64,000 nucleotides of DNA from a bacterium (GTDB lineage Bacteria > Patescibacteriota > Patescibacteriia > UBA9934). Every line of letters starts with the position of its first letter. The first letter of the stretch is position 1. The DNA lies in NCBI GenBank assembly GCA_020053275.1, contig JAGVNL010000026.1, forward strand, positions 6,416 through 70,415. The letters are read 5' to 3'. A program made the position numbers and the translations under genes. This document shows positions 46,087-56,858 of this stretch, piece by piece. The notes beneath the pieces were generated by a model, which saw nothing but the letters and a program-made list of their open reading frames with translations, was not told where the DNA came from and made no database searches.

Positions 46087-47602
46087 GTAATGCTACAGCA
46101 GCTTCCTCTTTGGCAGACGCTGCCACAACCTCCGTCACAATAATCGGCCGTTGCATCATCACACCAGCAATCGCGTCCTCAAGCAAACGCAAATTTTTAG
46201 CGTCCTTCAGGGCGTCGGCATGAAAAGCATACGGAAAAGAAACGGTTAGTTTAGAACCATTGATCGCAATCGGCTTGCCAGTTCGCAAAGTAATCGGCAA
46301 CGAGACATTTAGATCATTTACTTTGTCACAGCAGCGCTCCCATTTATCTTGAATTTCTGCCAGCGTAAATGTAATCGGCATAACACTATTTATGTTATCA
46401 GCGATATTCAATGGCGGTAACGAAGCCTCAACAGCAACGATTTTAACATCAGATGCCGAACGAGGTGCTACTAAGCCTCCAATATTACCAGTAGCTGCGT
46501 TCGGTTGCATCGCTGCAATACTAGACGAAACAGGCAGGTTCGCAGTCTCCCGCACTACCGAGTCATCGCCAAGCATAAACTCCACCAACGCCAGCTCTAG
46601 CGGTAATTGAGGTAAAGCCGACAACGAGTGTCTACCACGAGCAGTCAACAACAAATCAAGCAATCGCCTGGCCTGAACGGACTCAAATACTGCCTGCTTT
46701 CCGGAGATCGAGTTCATTAAATCCTCACGGACTTCTTCGATAAGTTCGTCAGTAAAATGCTTGATCGAACCACCATCAACCACGAACGCACTAATCTTAT
46801 CGAGTGTAGCACCCACATCCTTCTTCACTAACAAATCGATAATTTCACGAACAAGCGTAATTGTAGTTACGGGTAAAATCAAAGAGGCTAACGAGGCCGT
46901 AATGTGTTTATCGCCAAGTGACAAAACTTGGCCAAGCAAGCTTTCTGCATCACGCAAACACCCTTCAGAAATCTTGACGATAACCCGCAAGACCTCGTCG
47001 TCCACCTCAACGCCCTCTTTTTTAGAAATTGATAATAAACGAGCTACCATCTCGGGAGCAGCAATCTTATGAAAATCAAACCGTTGACACCTACTAACAA
47101 TCGTCGCTGGTATTTTATGTAGTTCAGTCGTCGCCAATATAAATATGACATGAGCTGGCGGCTCCTCCAGTGTTTTCAATAATGCATTGAACGCAGACGC
47201 AGAAAGCATGTGAACTTCATCTATAACAAAAACCTTATACTTCCCTTGCTGCGGCACAAACCGCACATTCTCAATTATATTCTCCCGCACATTATCTACA
47301 CCCGTATTACTCGCCGCATCAATTTCTACTGTATCCAAAAACCGTCCATCGCCAAAAGCCAAGCAGTGATCGCAAATACCACACGGCTCACTCTCACCTT
47401 CTTTTCGATTTAAACAATTAACAGCCTTTGCAAGTAGTCGAGCAATGGTGGTCTTGCCAATCCCTCGTGAACCCGAAAACAAATAGGCATGCGCCAATGT
47501 ACCGCTGGCTATTTGGTTCTGAATAGTTTTTACAACATGTTCCTGCTCAGCGACATCCTCAAACCTAGCCGGGCGATATTTTCTATACAATGTCTCACTC
47601 AT
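46055..47602 (-). CDS. dnaX: DNA polymerase III subunit gamma/tau
   Basis: 'AYLFSGSRGIGKTTIARLLAKAVNC' Walker A, zinc module 'CGICDHC', 'VFVIDEVHML', SRC motif. Confidence 0.9.
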   Translation of the reverse strand: MSETLYRKYRPARFEDVAEQEHVVKTIQNQIASGTLAHAYLFSGSRGIGKTTIARLLAKAVNCLNRKEGESEPCGICDHCLAFGDGRFLDTVEIDAASNTGVDNVRENIIENVRFVPQQGKYKVFVIDEVHMLSASAFNALLKTLEEPPAHVIFILATTELHKIPATIVSRCQRFDFHKIAAPEMVARLLSISKKEGVEVDDEVLRVIVKISEGCLRDAESLLGQVLSLGDKHITASLASLILPVTTITLVREIIDLLVKKDVGATLDKISAFVVDGGSIKHFTDELIEEVREDLMNSISGKQAVFESVQARRLLDLLLTARGRHSLSALPQLPLELALVEFMLGDDSVVRETANLPVSSSIAAMQPNAATGNIGGLVAPRSASDVKIVAVEASLPPLNIADNINSVMPITFTLAEIQDKWERCCDKVNDLNVSLPITLRTGKPIAINGSKLTVSFPYAFHADALKDAKNLRLLEDAIAGVMMQRPIIVTEVVAASAKEEAAVALLTDAFGGNVV

Positions 47603-47628
47603 AGACCCCTATCCTACCCTAATTCAAG

Positions 47629-50178
47629 CTACAGGCCAACCGGAGGCAGGGGGACAACTGGTTGCACTTGTTTAGGCACACCGACGCCAGAACGCAGAGC
47701 AATCTCGCGCTCCACAATCTTCTTGTCGCGACCATAAAGCAAACGAGAAATTTCTTTGAGAGCCTGGCCAACTTTTGGACTGCCTTCTTGTTTATTGTCG
47801 ACGCGAAGTGTAAACGGCTTACCCTGAGCGTTGTCGATGATAATCTTACAATTCCATGTTAACGCCTCATTATTCATCAGGTCGTAAGCAGAAAATGTAG
47901 GCTCAAACACTTTCTCCAGTACCTCGGTATCATCAGGGCCGACACGCGACACAAACATGCTGCCCACATTGCCGAGCACAGCATCACGAATCTCACTCTT
48001 GCCGTCCTTCACCAACTGGCCCATATACTGGTGCGCCATGATCAAGTTAAGACGATACTTACGAGCCTCGGACAAAATAGTAGCAATACTTGGCGTCACG
48101 AAGTTTTGGAATTCGTCGACATAAAGATAAAAATCTTTGCGTTTACTCTCCTCCATATCAGCACGAGCAAAAGCCGCCATCTGCAACTTGGCCACAATAA
48201 TCAAACCAAGCAGCGACGCATTAACTTCGCCAGTTTTACCTTTAGACAAATTGACCAAAAGAATCTTACCCTCGTCCATTATTTCACGGAAGTTGAAGGC
48301 GGATTTACTTTGACCGATAATGTTACGCATCATCTCGTTCTCCACAAACCTACCAACCTTACTCACTAGATATCCCATGGTTTCACTCTTGTGGTAGTCA
48401 CTAGTCTTGGCCTGCTCATCCTCCCAGAAACTACGCACAACAGGGTCCTTAACACGAGCAATCCACTCCTTCTGGAAAGCGTCGTCCGCAATCATGCGTG
48501 GGATTTCTGCAATCGTACCAGGGTAAGTCGGGTCCGCCATCAAGGTAAGCATGAAGTTACGCATGGAGTGCTCAAACATCGGGCCGATCATTTCCGGTGG
48601 GAACAACATATAGAAGATGCTGATCATCTCCTGCACCGCAAAGTCGCGCATGTCCTCACTTGGTGCCTCCAGCATGTTTAAGCCCATTGGTCGTTCGGTA
48701 TCGCTTGGGTTGAAGTAAACAACATCATCGTATCGTTCTTTTGGAATAAGCTCCATTATGCCGTCTGCCAAGTCTCCGTGCGGATCAATAACACCAACAC
48801 CTTTACCAGCAATAATATCTTGAATAACCAAGTTCTTAATAAACTCAGACTTACCAGAACCAGTCTTACCAATAATGTACATGTGGCGACGGCGGTCACC
48901 GTCTTTGATAAATACTGGTTTTGTAGCGCCGCGATAGGTGTTGGTACCCAAACGCAAACCTTCAGTTGGCGTGTTAGTTGGGGCCGGGGCGACACGCGCC
49001 ATCATCCACAAAATATTCGGCGTATCAGTACTTGGCAACGGCAAATGCCACATAGACGCCATTTCTTCGGTATTCAAAATAATTTTCTGATACCTGGCAA
49101 AAGTACGATAAATGAAGTGCTCGATTAAACGGCGCTTGCGGAGCGGCAACACCTTCTGCAAGGAGTTACCATACTCATAAATGTTATATTGACCGAACGC
49201 TTGCAATGCATTGTTTAGGTTCGCCAACGCCATTTGAGCGGATTTCGCCGAAGAAACGATGCGAATATTTACTTCCATTCCGGCCTTAGAAATTTTATTT
49301 CCAACTCCCTCCAACATCTTAGATTCCGTTTGTGACAACTGTTTTTGATCTCTTCGTTCAGACTTTTGTTTCTCAATATCTTCTTTACTCGCAAACCAGC
49401 TACCAACAGTTTTACCCTTTTTCGCTTCTTCAAGCGACATGCCATTCTGCATGTTCCTTATAATCTTAGTACCCAGTTCACGCCAATTATGGTGAGTTGG
49501 GCGAATAATATATTGTACTACCAAACCATCGCCTTCTTCTACCTTAGACAAAGCATTGGTTAATGAATTCAACGGGTCTGAATCATTTTCTTTATAAGTC
49601 TTGAGAGGGAAAATAGACTCTCGTTTCAACTCTAAATAGCCGCCGAGAACAATGCCAGTAGTTGAAAAAATATTATAATCCTCAACCTCCTTCAAGCTGG
49701 CGTCACTATACTGAGCGTGCAACTGCTGCTGCACAAAATCATACATGTTGCGCGGTACATTAATGTAAAAAGAAACGAGCTTGTTATGAGCTACAATTTC
49801 TAATGCAATGGAATCTGTTCTCCCAGCAAACCAAGCATGAATACCAAAACCATGATGTGGTTTTACGCCACCAATAGCCGCAAAAAAAGTTTCCGCAATA
49901 GCAATCGACTCCTTAATAACTTGTGCTGTTTCATTACCCTTAGCTTCTTCTTGGTTGCGGTACCGAGGAATGGTTACTAGTAATGTAATGTTGGTATGCT
50001 TGCCTCCCTGCTGTCTAAACCTGCGATGCATCTTGTAACGCAACAGAAATATACCGCCAATTATTGCCCCAACAATCAGCAAAGCAATTATTAAACGCAA
50101 CCAAATGGACGAGCCACCGGTTGCAACATACTGTGTAGTTGCTACTTCGCCTGCAATGAGAAATAAGCCTGGAAGCAC
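47629..50178 (-). CDS. type IV secretion-type ATPase (VirD4/TraG/TraD coupling-protein-like or VirB4-like) with two N-terminal TM helices
   Basis: 849 aa. Two N-terminal TM helices, Walker A 'IIGKTGSGKSEF' at roughly residue 430, Walker B 'LYVDEFQNF' (a T4CP-like DEFxN). Confidence 0.5.
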   Translation of the reverse strand: MLPGLFLIAGEVATTQYVATGGSSIWLRLIIALLIVGAIIGGIFLLRYKMHRRFRQQGGKHTNITLLVTIPRYRNQEEAKGNETAQVIKESIAIAETFFAAIGGVKPHHGFGIHAWFAGRTDSIALEIVAHNKLVSFYINVPRNMYDFVQQQLHAQYSDASLKEVEDYNIFSTTGIVLGGYLELKRESIFPLKTYKENDSDPLNSLTNALSKVEEGDGLVVQYIIRPTHHNWRELGTKIIRNMQNGMSLEEAKKGKTVGSWFASKEDIEKQKSERRDQKQLSQTESKMLEGVGNKISKAGMEVNIRIVSSAKSAQMALANLNNALQAFGQYNIYEYGNSLQKVLPLRKRRLIEHFIYRTFARYQKIILNTEEMASMWHLPLPSTDTPNILWMMARVAPAPTNTPTEGLRLGTNTYRGATKPVFIKDGDRRRHMYIIGKTGSGKSEFIKNLVIQDIIAGKGVGVIDPHGDLADGIMELIPKERYDDVVYFNPSDTERPMGLNMLEAPSEDMRDFAVQEMISIFYMLFPPEMIGPMFEHSMRNFMLTLMADPTYPGTIAEIPRMIADDAFQKEWIARVKDPVVRSFWEDEQAKTSDYHKSETMGYLVSKVGRFVENEMMRNIIGQSKSAFNFREIMDEGKILLVNLSKGKTGEVNASLLGLIIVAKLQMAAFARADMEESKRKDFYLYVDEFQNFVTPSIATILSEARKYRLNLIMAHQYMGQLVKDGKSEIRDAVLGNVGSMFVSRVGPDDTEVLEKVFEPTFSAYDLMNNEALTWNCKIIIDNAQGKPFTLRVDNKQEGSPKVGQALKEISRLLYGRDKKIVEREIALRSGVGVPKQVQPVVPLPPVGL

Positions 50179-50179
50179 A

Positions 50180-50689
50180 TTATATTGCGTTCATGCTATG
50201 GTGAGCTTTGCCTTCACCGTAAGCGATAATAAGATCTGTCTTAATCTTAGCCTCCTGCTCAAGGAAAAACCGATTGATACCAGGAATACTGTGCAGCCAC
50301 TCCTTAATCATTTTAAGTACGGCGTGAACCTTTATTTTTCCTTTGGCAATCATCTCCCTTATTTTGTGCGCAACTTCCTCACCCTTCGCTCTAAACTTTG
50401 GTTTTCTATCTTCCGCTAAATTCTTATACAAATCAGCTATACCTTTAGACAATATATCCTCAACGCCCTTCAGAATCTCATCCTTAGCTAAAACAACAGG
50501 AGCTTCAGAAATTGTCGTAGCGACTGGAACTGTTACCGGTGCCTGTTCCTCCTCCGGAACATTCTCAACACCACTATCTTCCCCCTCCCGACCCAACGAT
50601 TCCTGTTCCACCTCTTGAGCCTCAACAATGCCCGGTACTTCCGGGTTCAGCATATTGACGCCTAACTTTTCCATTACTTCATCACTCAT
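50180..50689 (-). CDS. hypothetical protein, acidic N-terminus; possibly coupled to the upstream ATPase gene
   Basis: 169 aa. 1-nt spacing to the downstream gene suggests co-transcription. Confidence 0.45.
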   Translation of the reverse strand: MSDEVMEKLGVNMLNPEVPGIVEAQEVEQESLGREGEDSGVENVPEEEQAPVTVPVATTISEAPVVLAKDEILKGVEDILSKGIADLYKNLAEDRKPKFRAKGEEVAHKIREMIAKGKIKVHAVLKMIKEWLHSIPGINRFFLEQEAKIKTDLIIAYGEGKAHHSMNAI

Positions 50690-50706
50690 GGCAACATTAT
50701 ACCACG

Positions 50707-52098
50707 CTATCGTCGCTCACGCAGCTTCTGACCACTCGAACTATCCTGAACCGCATAGCCCAACCCAAACAACTCATCGCGTAGTAAATCTGACCTCTCC
50801 CAATCCTTAGCAATTCGTGCTAATTCTCGTTCTTTAAGTAATTTCTGTGCTTCATCACTCACCCTGACCGGCCTAGCAACCACATCTTCCAACGCCAAAC
50901 CAAACACTTCATCCATCTTCAAAACCGTCGCCGCCTTCACATCAGTACCAATGGCACCATTGTTCACAAAATTCCACATTATCGCCAAAGCAGCTGGCGT
51001 GTCCAAATCATTATTCACCGCCGTCATGAATGTCTCCATCACCCCACTATCCACACTACTCGGCTTCTGCCAGTCGCGAACCATGTCGACTAAATTATTT
51101 AACGCATTCTGCGCAGCCTCCGCACCCTCCCAAGTAAAGTTCAACTGCGTTCGGTAATGCGCGCCAAGTATAAAATAACGGAAAGCCAACGGCGAAATTT
51201 CTTTAGCCTGCAAATCATCAAGTGAATACACATTACCAAGCGACTTGCTCATCTTTCCGTTATCAATCAAGACAAATTCGTTGTGCAGCCAATAATTGGC
51301 CTCCATAACACCACGAGCTGCTAGCGTTTGGGCAATCTCATTCTCATGATGCACAGCAATATGGTCGACGCCACCCGTATGAATATCAAAAGGCACACCC
51401 AAATATTTTTCGCTCATCGCCGAGCATTCCAAATGCCAACCCGGAAAACCCTTACCCCACGGCGACTCCCATTCCATATGTCTCTGTTCACCTTCTGGCG
51501 AAAACTTCCACAAAGCAAAGTCGCTCAGATTGCGTTTTTCTGCATTGACGCCCACCCGAGCACCTGCCTCCTTCTCTTCACTTTTCTGACCCGATAGTTG
51601 GCCGTACTCTGGCAACTTGGCAGTATCAAAATAAATCCCATCGTGAGTTGCGTAAGTAAAACCTTTCGCTTCCATTGCCTCAATTAAGGCAATCTGCTCA
51701 GCGATGTGATCCGTCGCCTTAGGCATGACATGTGGCGTTTCAATATTTACCCGTCTTATATCGTCAACAAATAGTCTAGTGTATTCAGCTGCAATATCCC
51801 ACGCCGTTTTGCTCGCCTTGTCCGCCGACATTTGCAACTTATCCACACCCTCATCGCCATCACCAACTAAATGGCCAACATCAGTGATATTCATCACCTC
51901 CGTAACGCTCAAATCATTAGCTTGTAGCACACGACGCAAAGTATCGCCAAAAATATAAGAGCGTAAATTCCCCACATGCGCTCTGGCATAAACAGTCGGG
52001 CCACAAACATAAAGACCAACTTTTCCAGGTGTTATTGGTACAAACTCGTCAGTCGCCTTAGTTAATGTGTTATGAAGAAATATTTGCATAATAGACAC
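50707..52098 (-). CDS. cysS: cysteinyl-tRNA synthetase
   Basis: 'CGPTVYARAHVGN' HIGH region and 'KMSKSLGN' motif. Confidence 0.92.
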   Translation of the reverse strand: MSIMQIFLHNTLTKATDEFVPITPGKVGLYVCGPTVYARAHVGNLRSYIFGDTLRRVLQANDLSVTEVMNITDVGHLVGDGDEGVDKLQMSADKASKTAWDIAAEYTRLFVDDIRRVNIETPHVMPKATDHIAEQIALIEAMEAKGFTYATHDGIYFDTAKLPEYGQLSGQKSEEKEAGARVGVNAEKRNLSDFALWKFSPEGEQRHMEWESPWGKGFPGWHLECSAMSEKYLGVPFDIHTGGVDHIAVHHENEIAQTLAARGVMEANYWLHNEFVLIDNGKMSKSLGNVYSLDDLQAKEISPLAFRYFILGAHYRTQLNFTWEGAEAAQNALNNLVDMVRDWQKPSSVDSGVMETFMTAVNNDLDTPAALAIMWNFVNNGAIGTDVKAATVLKMDEVFGLALEDVVARPVRVSDEAQKLLKERELARIAKDWERSDLLRDELFGLGYAVQDSSSGQKLRERR

Positions 52099-52115
52099 AC
52101 TTTAATGAAAAAACA

Positions 52116-52601
52116 CTAACCGCGCAACAAGGCCATCGTAACCAACGGCGCAAAAATTAAAATCGAACGAATAATCGGATCCATAAAGACCCGAGCAAAG
52201 TTTGGTGAAAAGTCACCAGTTACTGCTAATGGCAGCATAGTTACCAAAATGACTACAACTACAATCACTTGCAATAACGAATAAACAGCTACGCGCCAGC
52301 CATGCGGATTATATACATCGTCAAAAAAAGTACTGCGCGCCAAAACGAACATCATGAGCGCCGTCATAATAGCCAATAAACCGAGCGACAACCATAAACT
52401 TGGAATTGGTATTAAAGTTTTCAGCATGGCCAGGACTGGCGCCAACAAAATAACCGCCCCAGCCAAGTACAACGCCACGAGCAGCATGATGATCCTGTAC
52501 TTACCGATAGTGTAGTTGTAAAACAACAGCACTCCAAACAAAATCACGACCGCACCAACATCAACTGGTACGCCAGCCACTAATGTATGCAAGACCTCCA
52601 T
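52116..52601 (-). CDS. small polytopic membrane protein, unknown function
   Basis: 161 aa, four or five hydrophobic helices. Confidence 0.45.
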   Translation of the reverse strand: MEVLHTLVAGVPVDVGAVVILFGVLLFYNYTIGKYRIIMLLVALYLAGAVILLAPVLAMLKTLIPIPSLWLSLGLLAIMTALMMFVLARSTFFDDVYNPHGWRVAVYSLLQVIVVVVILVTMLPLAVTGDFSPNFARVFMDPIIRSILIFAPLVTMALLRG

Positions 52602-52626
52602 GGTGAGGAAAGTATAGCATACTTAG

Positions 52627-52657
52627 AGTTGGTAGATGGTAGTTAGTAGTTGGTAGT
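52627..52657 (+). repeat. 'gtag' repeat block (ttggtag-atggtag-ttagtag-ttggtag) immediately 3' of the dnaJ stop and 5' of the membrane protein gene
   Basis: Same heptamer family as at 6633-6661 and in the elements upstream of dnaK and dnaJ. Confidence 0.5.
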
Positions 52658-53716
52658 TTATTTCTCATTCAGTTCCAGTTCTTCCAGTAACCTTCGTTGT
52701 TCTTTATCGAGCTTACGCGGCGTCACCACCTGAATAGTGACTATCTGATCACCTCGTCCTCTACCTTGTGGCACACCCTTGCCGCGTAGTCGCAGTTCCT
52801 CACCAGACTGCGTACCAGCTGGAATCTTCATGCTCACCTTGCCGTCCACTGTATCAACCTCTACTTCACAACCAAGCGCCGCCTGAGTAAAACCAACAAG
52901 CCGCGTCACAAAAATATTATCACCTTCGCGCACAAACCGAGCATCTGGTTGCACCCTTACTTGGAGGTACAAATCTCCAGCTTCACCGGCAGCACCAAGT
53001 GCCTCGCCATGCCCGCGTACTCTAATTTGCATGCCATTGTCGACGCCAGCCGGAATCTCCACTCGCACCGACTTCTTGCCTTGCTGTACGCCCTTCCCAG
53101 CACAAACAGCACAAACCTTTTCGGGCATTTCTCCGCGACCGTGACAAGCGCTACAAGCATTTCGTGTTTGAATGGTGCCAAAAACAGTGCGCTGCTGACC
53201 AATTACATGGCCCTGGCCGTTACAAGTATTACATTTCTTAAGGCTCGTTCCAGGCTCTGCACCCACGCCACCACAGCGCTCACAACTAAAAGATTTGTTG
53301 AGCGTAATCTCTTTTTCGACACCAAACACGGCCTCCTTAAACGACAATGTCACTTGCACCGCCAAGTCCTGGCCTTTCTGTCGACCGCCACCTCCCCCGC
53401 CACCAAACATATCACCAAACATGCTTCCCAAGTCGCCAAACATACTCGGGTCAAAACCTTGGAAGCCACCTTGACCACCAGCAAACGGATTACCGCCACC
53501 GCTACCATCAAACGCCGCGCTGTCAAACTGATCATACTTAGTGCGCTTTTCAGCATCACCAAGCACCTGGTAGGCCTCATTCACCTCCTTGAACTTCTCC
53601 TCTTTACCTCCCTTATCTGGGTGGTGCGTATGCGCCAATTTTCTGAACGCACTCTTAATCTCATCAGCACTCGCCGACTTACTCACTCCCAGCGTTGCGT
53701 AGTAATCTTTAGACAT
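52658..53716 (-). CDS. dnaJ: chaperone DnaJ
   Basis: J-domain 'HPDKGG', Gly/Phe region, four CxxCxGxG zinc motifs. Confidence 0.93.
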   Translation of the reverse strand: MSKDYYATLGVSKSASADEIKSAFRKLAHTHHPDKGGKEEKFKEVNEAYQVLGDAEKRTKYDQFDSAAFDGSGGGNPFAGGQGGFQGFDPSMFGDLGSMFGDMFGGGGGGGRQKGQDLAVQVTLSFKEAVFGVEKEITLNKSFSCERCGGVGAEPGTSLKKCNTCNGQGHVIGQQRTVFGTIQTRNACSACHGRGEMPEKVCAVCAGKGVQQGKKSVRVEIPAGVDNGMQIRVRGHGEALGAAGEAGDLYLQVRVQPDARFVREGDNIFVTRLVGFTQAALGCEVEVDTVDGKVSMKIPAGTQSGEELRLRGKGVPQGRGRGDQIVTIQVVTPRKLDKEQRRLLEELELNEK

Positions 53717-53723
53717 AGGTACA

Positions 53724-53771
53724 AGTTTGTAGTTGGTAGTATGTAGTTGGGCCTGCCCGGCTCCGCCGGGT
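53724..53771 (-). promoter_or_regulatory. conserved 48-nt element in the dnaJ 5' region (gtag repeats plus GC hairpin), paralogous to the element upstream of dnaK
   Basis: agtttgtag-ttggtag-tatgtag-ttgggcctgcccggctccgccgggt matches 56859-56906 at 43 of 48 positions. Contains the hairpin cccgg-ctccg-ccggg. Confidence 0.5.
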
Positions 53772-53791
53772 CTCGCGTTGACGAGAGCTTT

Positions 53792-53962
53792 CTAATCCAC
53801 AATCTTACCCTCAACTATCTTAACTCCTCTTTTTACATCAATCCTCCCAGTCACCCAACGCCTAATAAACCTAAACGATAACAGCCACATAGCGAATGAC
53901 GCCATTCCAAGTAACCCTTTTATCACCCATAATTGCTTATTAGGCGTTTGAGTGTTGGTCAT
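53792..53962 (-). CDS. candidate unannotated small single-TM protein (56 aa)
   Basis: Hand translation gives MTNTQTPNKQLWVIKGLLGMASFAMWLLSFRFIRRWVTGRIDVKRGVKIVEGKIVD. Starts 1 nt after the upstream stop and fills an otherwise empty 247-nt spacer. Confidence 0.3.
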   Translation of the reverse strand: MTNTQTPNKQLWVIKGLLGMASFAMWLLSFRFIRRWVTGRIDVKRGVKIVEGKIVD

Positions 53963-53963
53963 A

Positions 53964-54353
53964 TTATTTCGCTACTTCCGTCTTCCGTTCTGCGACCCAG
54001 TTGCAAAGAGCAATAGGTTCGCCGCCGTCAATACGCGCTGCAAAACGATACTCGCCTGCTTTATCCACCTTCAACCCGTGCATCTTGGCGATGATGTGCA
54101 CTTGCGGCCCCTTCACTGCTTGCTTGAACACGCTACTCTTGTCTACCAACACATTCTTTTCGTCCGTAATATAAATCTCCAGGTTGGCATCCACTGGTAC
54201 ATCGCGCAATCTCACGGCCAAAAAGCCATTAAGCGTAATCGGCCCTTCACCCACCGTATTCGTCCGGTCAAACACATGAGCATAAGTATAGAGCCCGTTG
54301 GTCGACTGCGTCAGAAACTCACAGAGCAAAGCGTATTCTTTTAATGGGTTCAT
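53964..54353 (-). CDS. hypothetical protein inserted between dnaK and dnaJ
   Basis: 129 aa, soluble, no motif. Confidence 0.5.
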   Translation of the reverse strand: MNPLKEYALLCEFLTQSTNGLYTYAHVFDRTNTVGEGPITLNGFLAVRLRDVPVDANLEIYITDEKNVLVDKSSVFKQAVKGPQVHIIAKMHGLKVDKAGEYRFAARIDGGEPIALCNWVAERKTEVAK

Positions 54354-54361
54354 GTATTAGC

Positions 54362-54940
54362 TTATGGTGAGTTAGGTAGATCGAGACCAATATTGCCTGT
54401 CACAAAATCATAATAATAAAGACCACCATAAATCCAGAAGTACAAACCTGGGCCAGAATACTCTAACTCTGGGCGCAATGGATCACTACCCGTTGTTTCA
54501 TCGTACGGTATGTTGTAGCCAGTAGTCCGGTCTTCATCGATCTCGAATATTTTCTGAATTGATGAGTCAAACCACAATGGATCATTGACGAATTCACGAG
54601 TAAGTTTTGTCACTCGACCTGTTTCGAACTCGGTAAATGTAAGATCAACTACAGTACCTGGTTGATCAAGTACCTCTGCACTACGAGGCTTACTCATGGT
54701 CATTTGGAAACCAAACTGACCAATCGTAACATTGTAGACACCGTCGAGCTTATACCAGCTGCCTTCGCTAAATTGATGATCATCTACACCGCCAGTTGAA
54801 GTCGGTGTATCATTTTCTGAACCTATTGTAGTTGGTAGATCCTTCACGAAGTTATTGTCGTTGTGAATTGCAACCCAAAAGATAACAAAGCAAACTGCGA
54901 GAGCTGCAACTATTACGCCGATAGTTTCTTTAAATGTCAT
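54362..54940 (-). CDS. membrane-anchored hypothetical protein inserted between dnaK and dnaJ
   Basis: N-terminal TM helix 'IGVIVAALAVCFVIFWVAI' plus a ~160-aa extracytoplasmic domain rich in Tyr, Gly and Asp. Starts 2 nt after the dnaK stop. Confidence 0.5.
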   Translation of the reverse strand: MTFKETIGVIVAALAVCFVIFWVAIHNDNNFVKDLPTTIGSENDTPTSTGGVDDHQFSEGSWYKLDGVYNVTIGQFGFQMTMSKPRSAEVLDQPGTVVDLTFTEFETGRVTKLTREFVNDPLWFDSSIQKIFEIDEDRTTGYNIPYDETTGSDPLRPELEYSGPGLYFWIYGGLYYYDFVTGNIGLDLPNSP

Positions 54941-54942
54941 AA

Positions 54943-56841
54943 TTATTCTTTTGGCGCGTCCTTAAACTCCGCATCCTTTGGCCCTTCTTCGGGCTTCGGT
55001 TCGCCGCCGTTCATATCTGGCATCGGGCCTGCACCACCATCTGCTGGTTTGTAGAAAGCCGCCCCTACGCGCTGTGCTTCCGTGGTCAAAGCGTCGGCCG
55101 CAGTCTTGATTGCCTCAACATCCTCGCCGTCCTTCACAGCTTTCACCGCCACCATCTTTTCGTCGAGAATCTTCTTATCTTCCTCACTAACCTTGTCCTT
55201 ATTGTCAGCGAGCATCTTCTCCACCGTGTAAACCATACTGTCCGCCAAGTTTCGAGTCTCAATCAATTCCTGCTTCTTCTTATCTTCCTCAGCGTGACTT
55301 TCAGCGTCGGCAGTCATCTTGGCAATCTCATCCTTACTCAAACCGGATGACGAAGTGATGGTGATGTTCTGGGTTTTATTTGTTCCCTTATCCGTTGCAG
55401 AAACATGAAGAATACCGTTTGCATCAACATCGAACTTAACCTCAATCTGTGGCGTACCACGAGGGGCTGGTGGAATACCAGAGAGATCAAACTGGCCGAG
55501 CAACTTGTTGTCGCCAAACATTGGTCGTTCACCTTGGGCGACGCGAATCGTCACGGCTGGCTGGTTGTCCGCCGCTGTACTAAAAACCTGACTCTTACTT
55601 GTAGGAATCGTGGTGTTGCGTTCAATGAGCTTGGTCATGACGCTGCCCATGGTTTCAATACCGAGCGACAACGGAGCGACATCTAGCAACAACACATCCT
55701 TTACGTCACCTTGCAACACACCAGCTTGCACAGCCGCACCAACGGCCACAACTTCGTCTGGGTTGACGCTGACATTTGGCTTCTTGCCAAAAAAATCTTC
55801 CACCTTCTTAAGTACAAGTGGCATACGGGTCATACCACCCACCATTACAATCTCCGCAATACTACCCTTGTCCATCTTGCTATCCTCGAGTGCCTTGCGC
55901 ACTGGGCCAAATGTTTGCTCAACCAAACCAGCGACAAGTTCCTCCAACTTCGAGCGAGAAATCTTGAGTACCAAGTGCTTAGGGCCTTCGTTGCTGGAAG
56001 TAATAAACGGTTGATTGACCTCAGTCTCCTGCGCGGTGGAGAGTTCAATCTTGGCGCGTTCAGCCGCGTCCTTAATACGCTGCATGGCCAAAGCGTCGCC
56101 AGACAGATCCACGCCTTCCAACTTTTTAAACTCTTCAAGAATATATTTCATGATGAGCAAGTCAAAGTCATCGCCACCTAAATGAGTGTCACCATTCGTC
56201 GCCAAAACTTCTACTGTGCCTTCGCTAACATCAAGCACGGAAACATCAAAAGTACCACCACCAAGGTCGTAAACCATTATCTTCTGGCCAACTTTCTTAT
56301 CGAAGCCGTAAGCCAAAGCCGCGGCAGTAGGTTCATTAATAATGCGCAAAACCTTGAGGCCGGCAATTTCACCAGCGTCCTTAGTCGCCTGGCGTTGCGC
56401 GTCGTCAAAATAAGCTGGAACAGTAATGACGGCCTCAGTAATGGTCTCACCAGTACGCTCTTCAGCGTCCGCCTTCATCTTGCCCAAAATCATGGCGCTG
56501 ATCTCCTGTGGCGTCATGTCCTTCTCGCCGAGCGTCACAGCCACACCTTCGCCCTTCTTAACAATGGCGTACGGCATCAACTTAATGTCGCGCTGCACTT
56601 CCTCGTCGCCAAACCGTCGGCCAATTAAACGCTTAATCGAATAAAGCGTATTCTTTGGGTTCGTCACCGCCTGCCTTTTAGCTGGCATACCAACCAATCT
56701 TTCCCCATTCTTCGCCACCGCAACTATACTCGGCGTAGTGCGCATCCCCTCCTTATTCTCCAAAACCTTTGGCTGACCACCTTCCATAATGGCCATGCAG
56801 CTGTTGGTTGTTCCTAAGTCGATACCAAGAATCTTGCTCAT
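54943..56841 (-). CDS. dnaK: chaperone DnaK (Hsp70)
   Basis: 'IDLGTTNS', 'DLGGGTFD' and other Hsp70 signatures; 632 aa. Confidence 0.95.
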   Translation of the reverse strand: MSKILGIDLGTTNSCMAIMEGGQPKVLENKEGMRTTPSIVAVAKNGERLVGMPAKRQAVTNPKNTLYSIKRLIGRRFGDEEVQRDIKLMPYAIVKKGEGVAVTLGEKDMTPQEISAMILGKMKADAEERTGETITEAVITVPAYFDDAQRQATKDAGEIAGLKVLRIINEPTAAALAYGFDKKVGQKIMVYDLGGGTFDVSVLDVSEGTVEVLATNGDTHLGGDDFDLLIMKYILEEFKKLEGVDLSGDALAMQRIKDAAERAKIELSTAQETEVNQPFITSSNEGPKHLVLKISRSKLEELVAGLVEQTFGPVRKALEDSKMDKGSIAEIVMVGGMTRMPLVLKKVEDFFGKKPNVSVNPDEVVAVGAAVQAGVLQGDVKDVLLLDVAPLSLGIETMGSVMTKLIERNTTIPTSKSQVFSTAADNQPAVTIRVAQGERPMFGDNKLLGQFDLSGIPPAPRGTPQIEVKFDVDANGILHVSATDKGTNKTQNITITSSSGLSKDEIAKMTADAESHAEEDKKKQELIETRNLADSMVYTVEKMLADNKDKVSEEDKKILDEKMVAVKAVKDGEDVEAIKTAADALTTEAQRVGAAFYKPADGGAGPMPDMNGGEPKPEEGPKDAEFKDAPKE

Positions 56842-56858
56842 ATATTTTTTAAGTTAGT

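Noticed and set aside
53952-54344. 130-aa plus-strand ORF antisense to the dnaK-dnaJ insert gene
   Set aside because: It is a shadow ORF opposite gene 53964-54353 with no start context. The minus-strand sORF 53792-53962 is a better explanation for the spacer.
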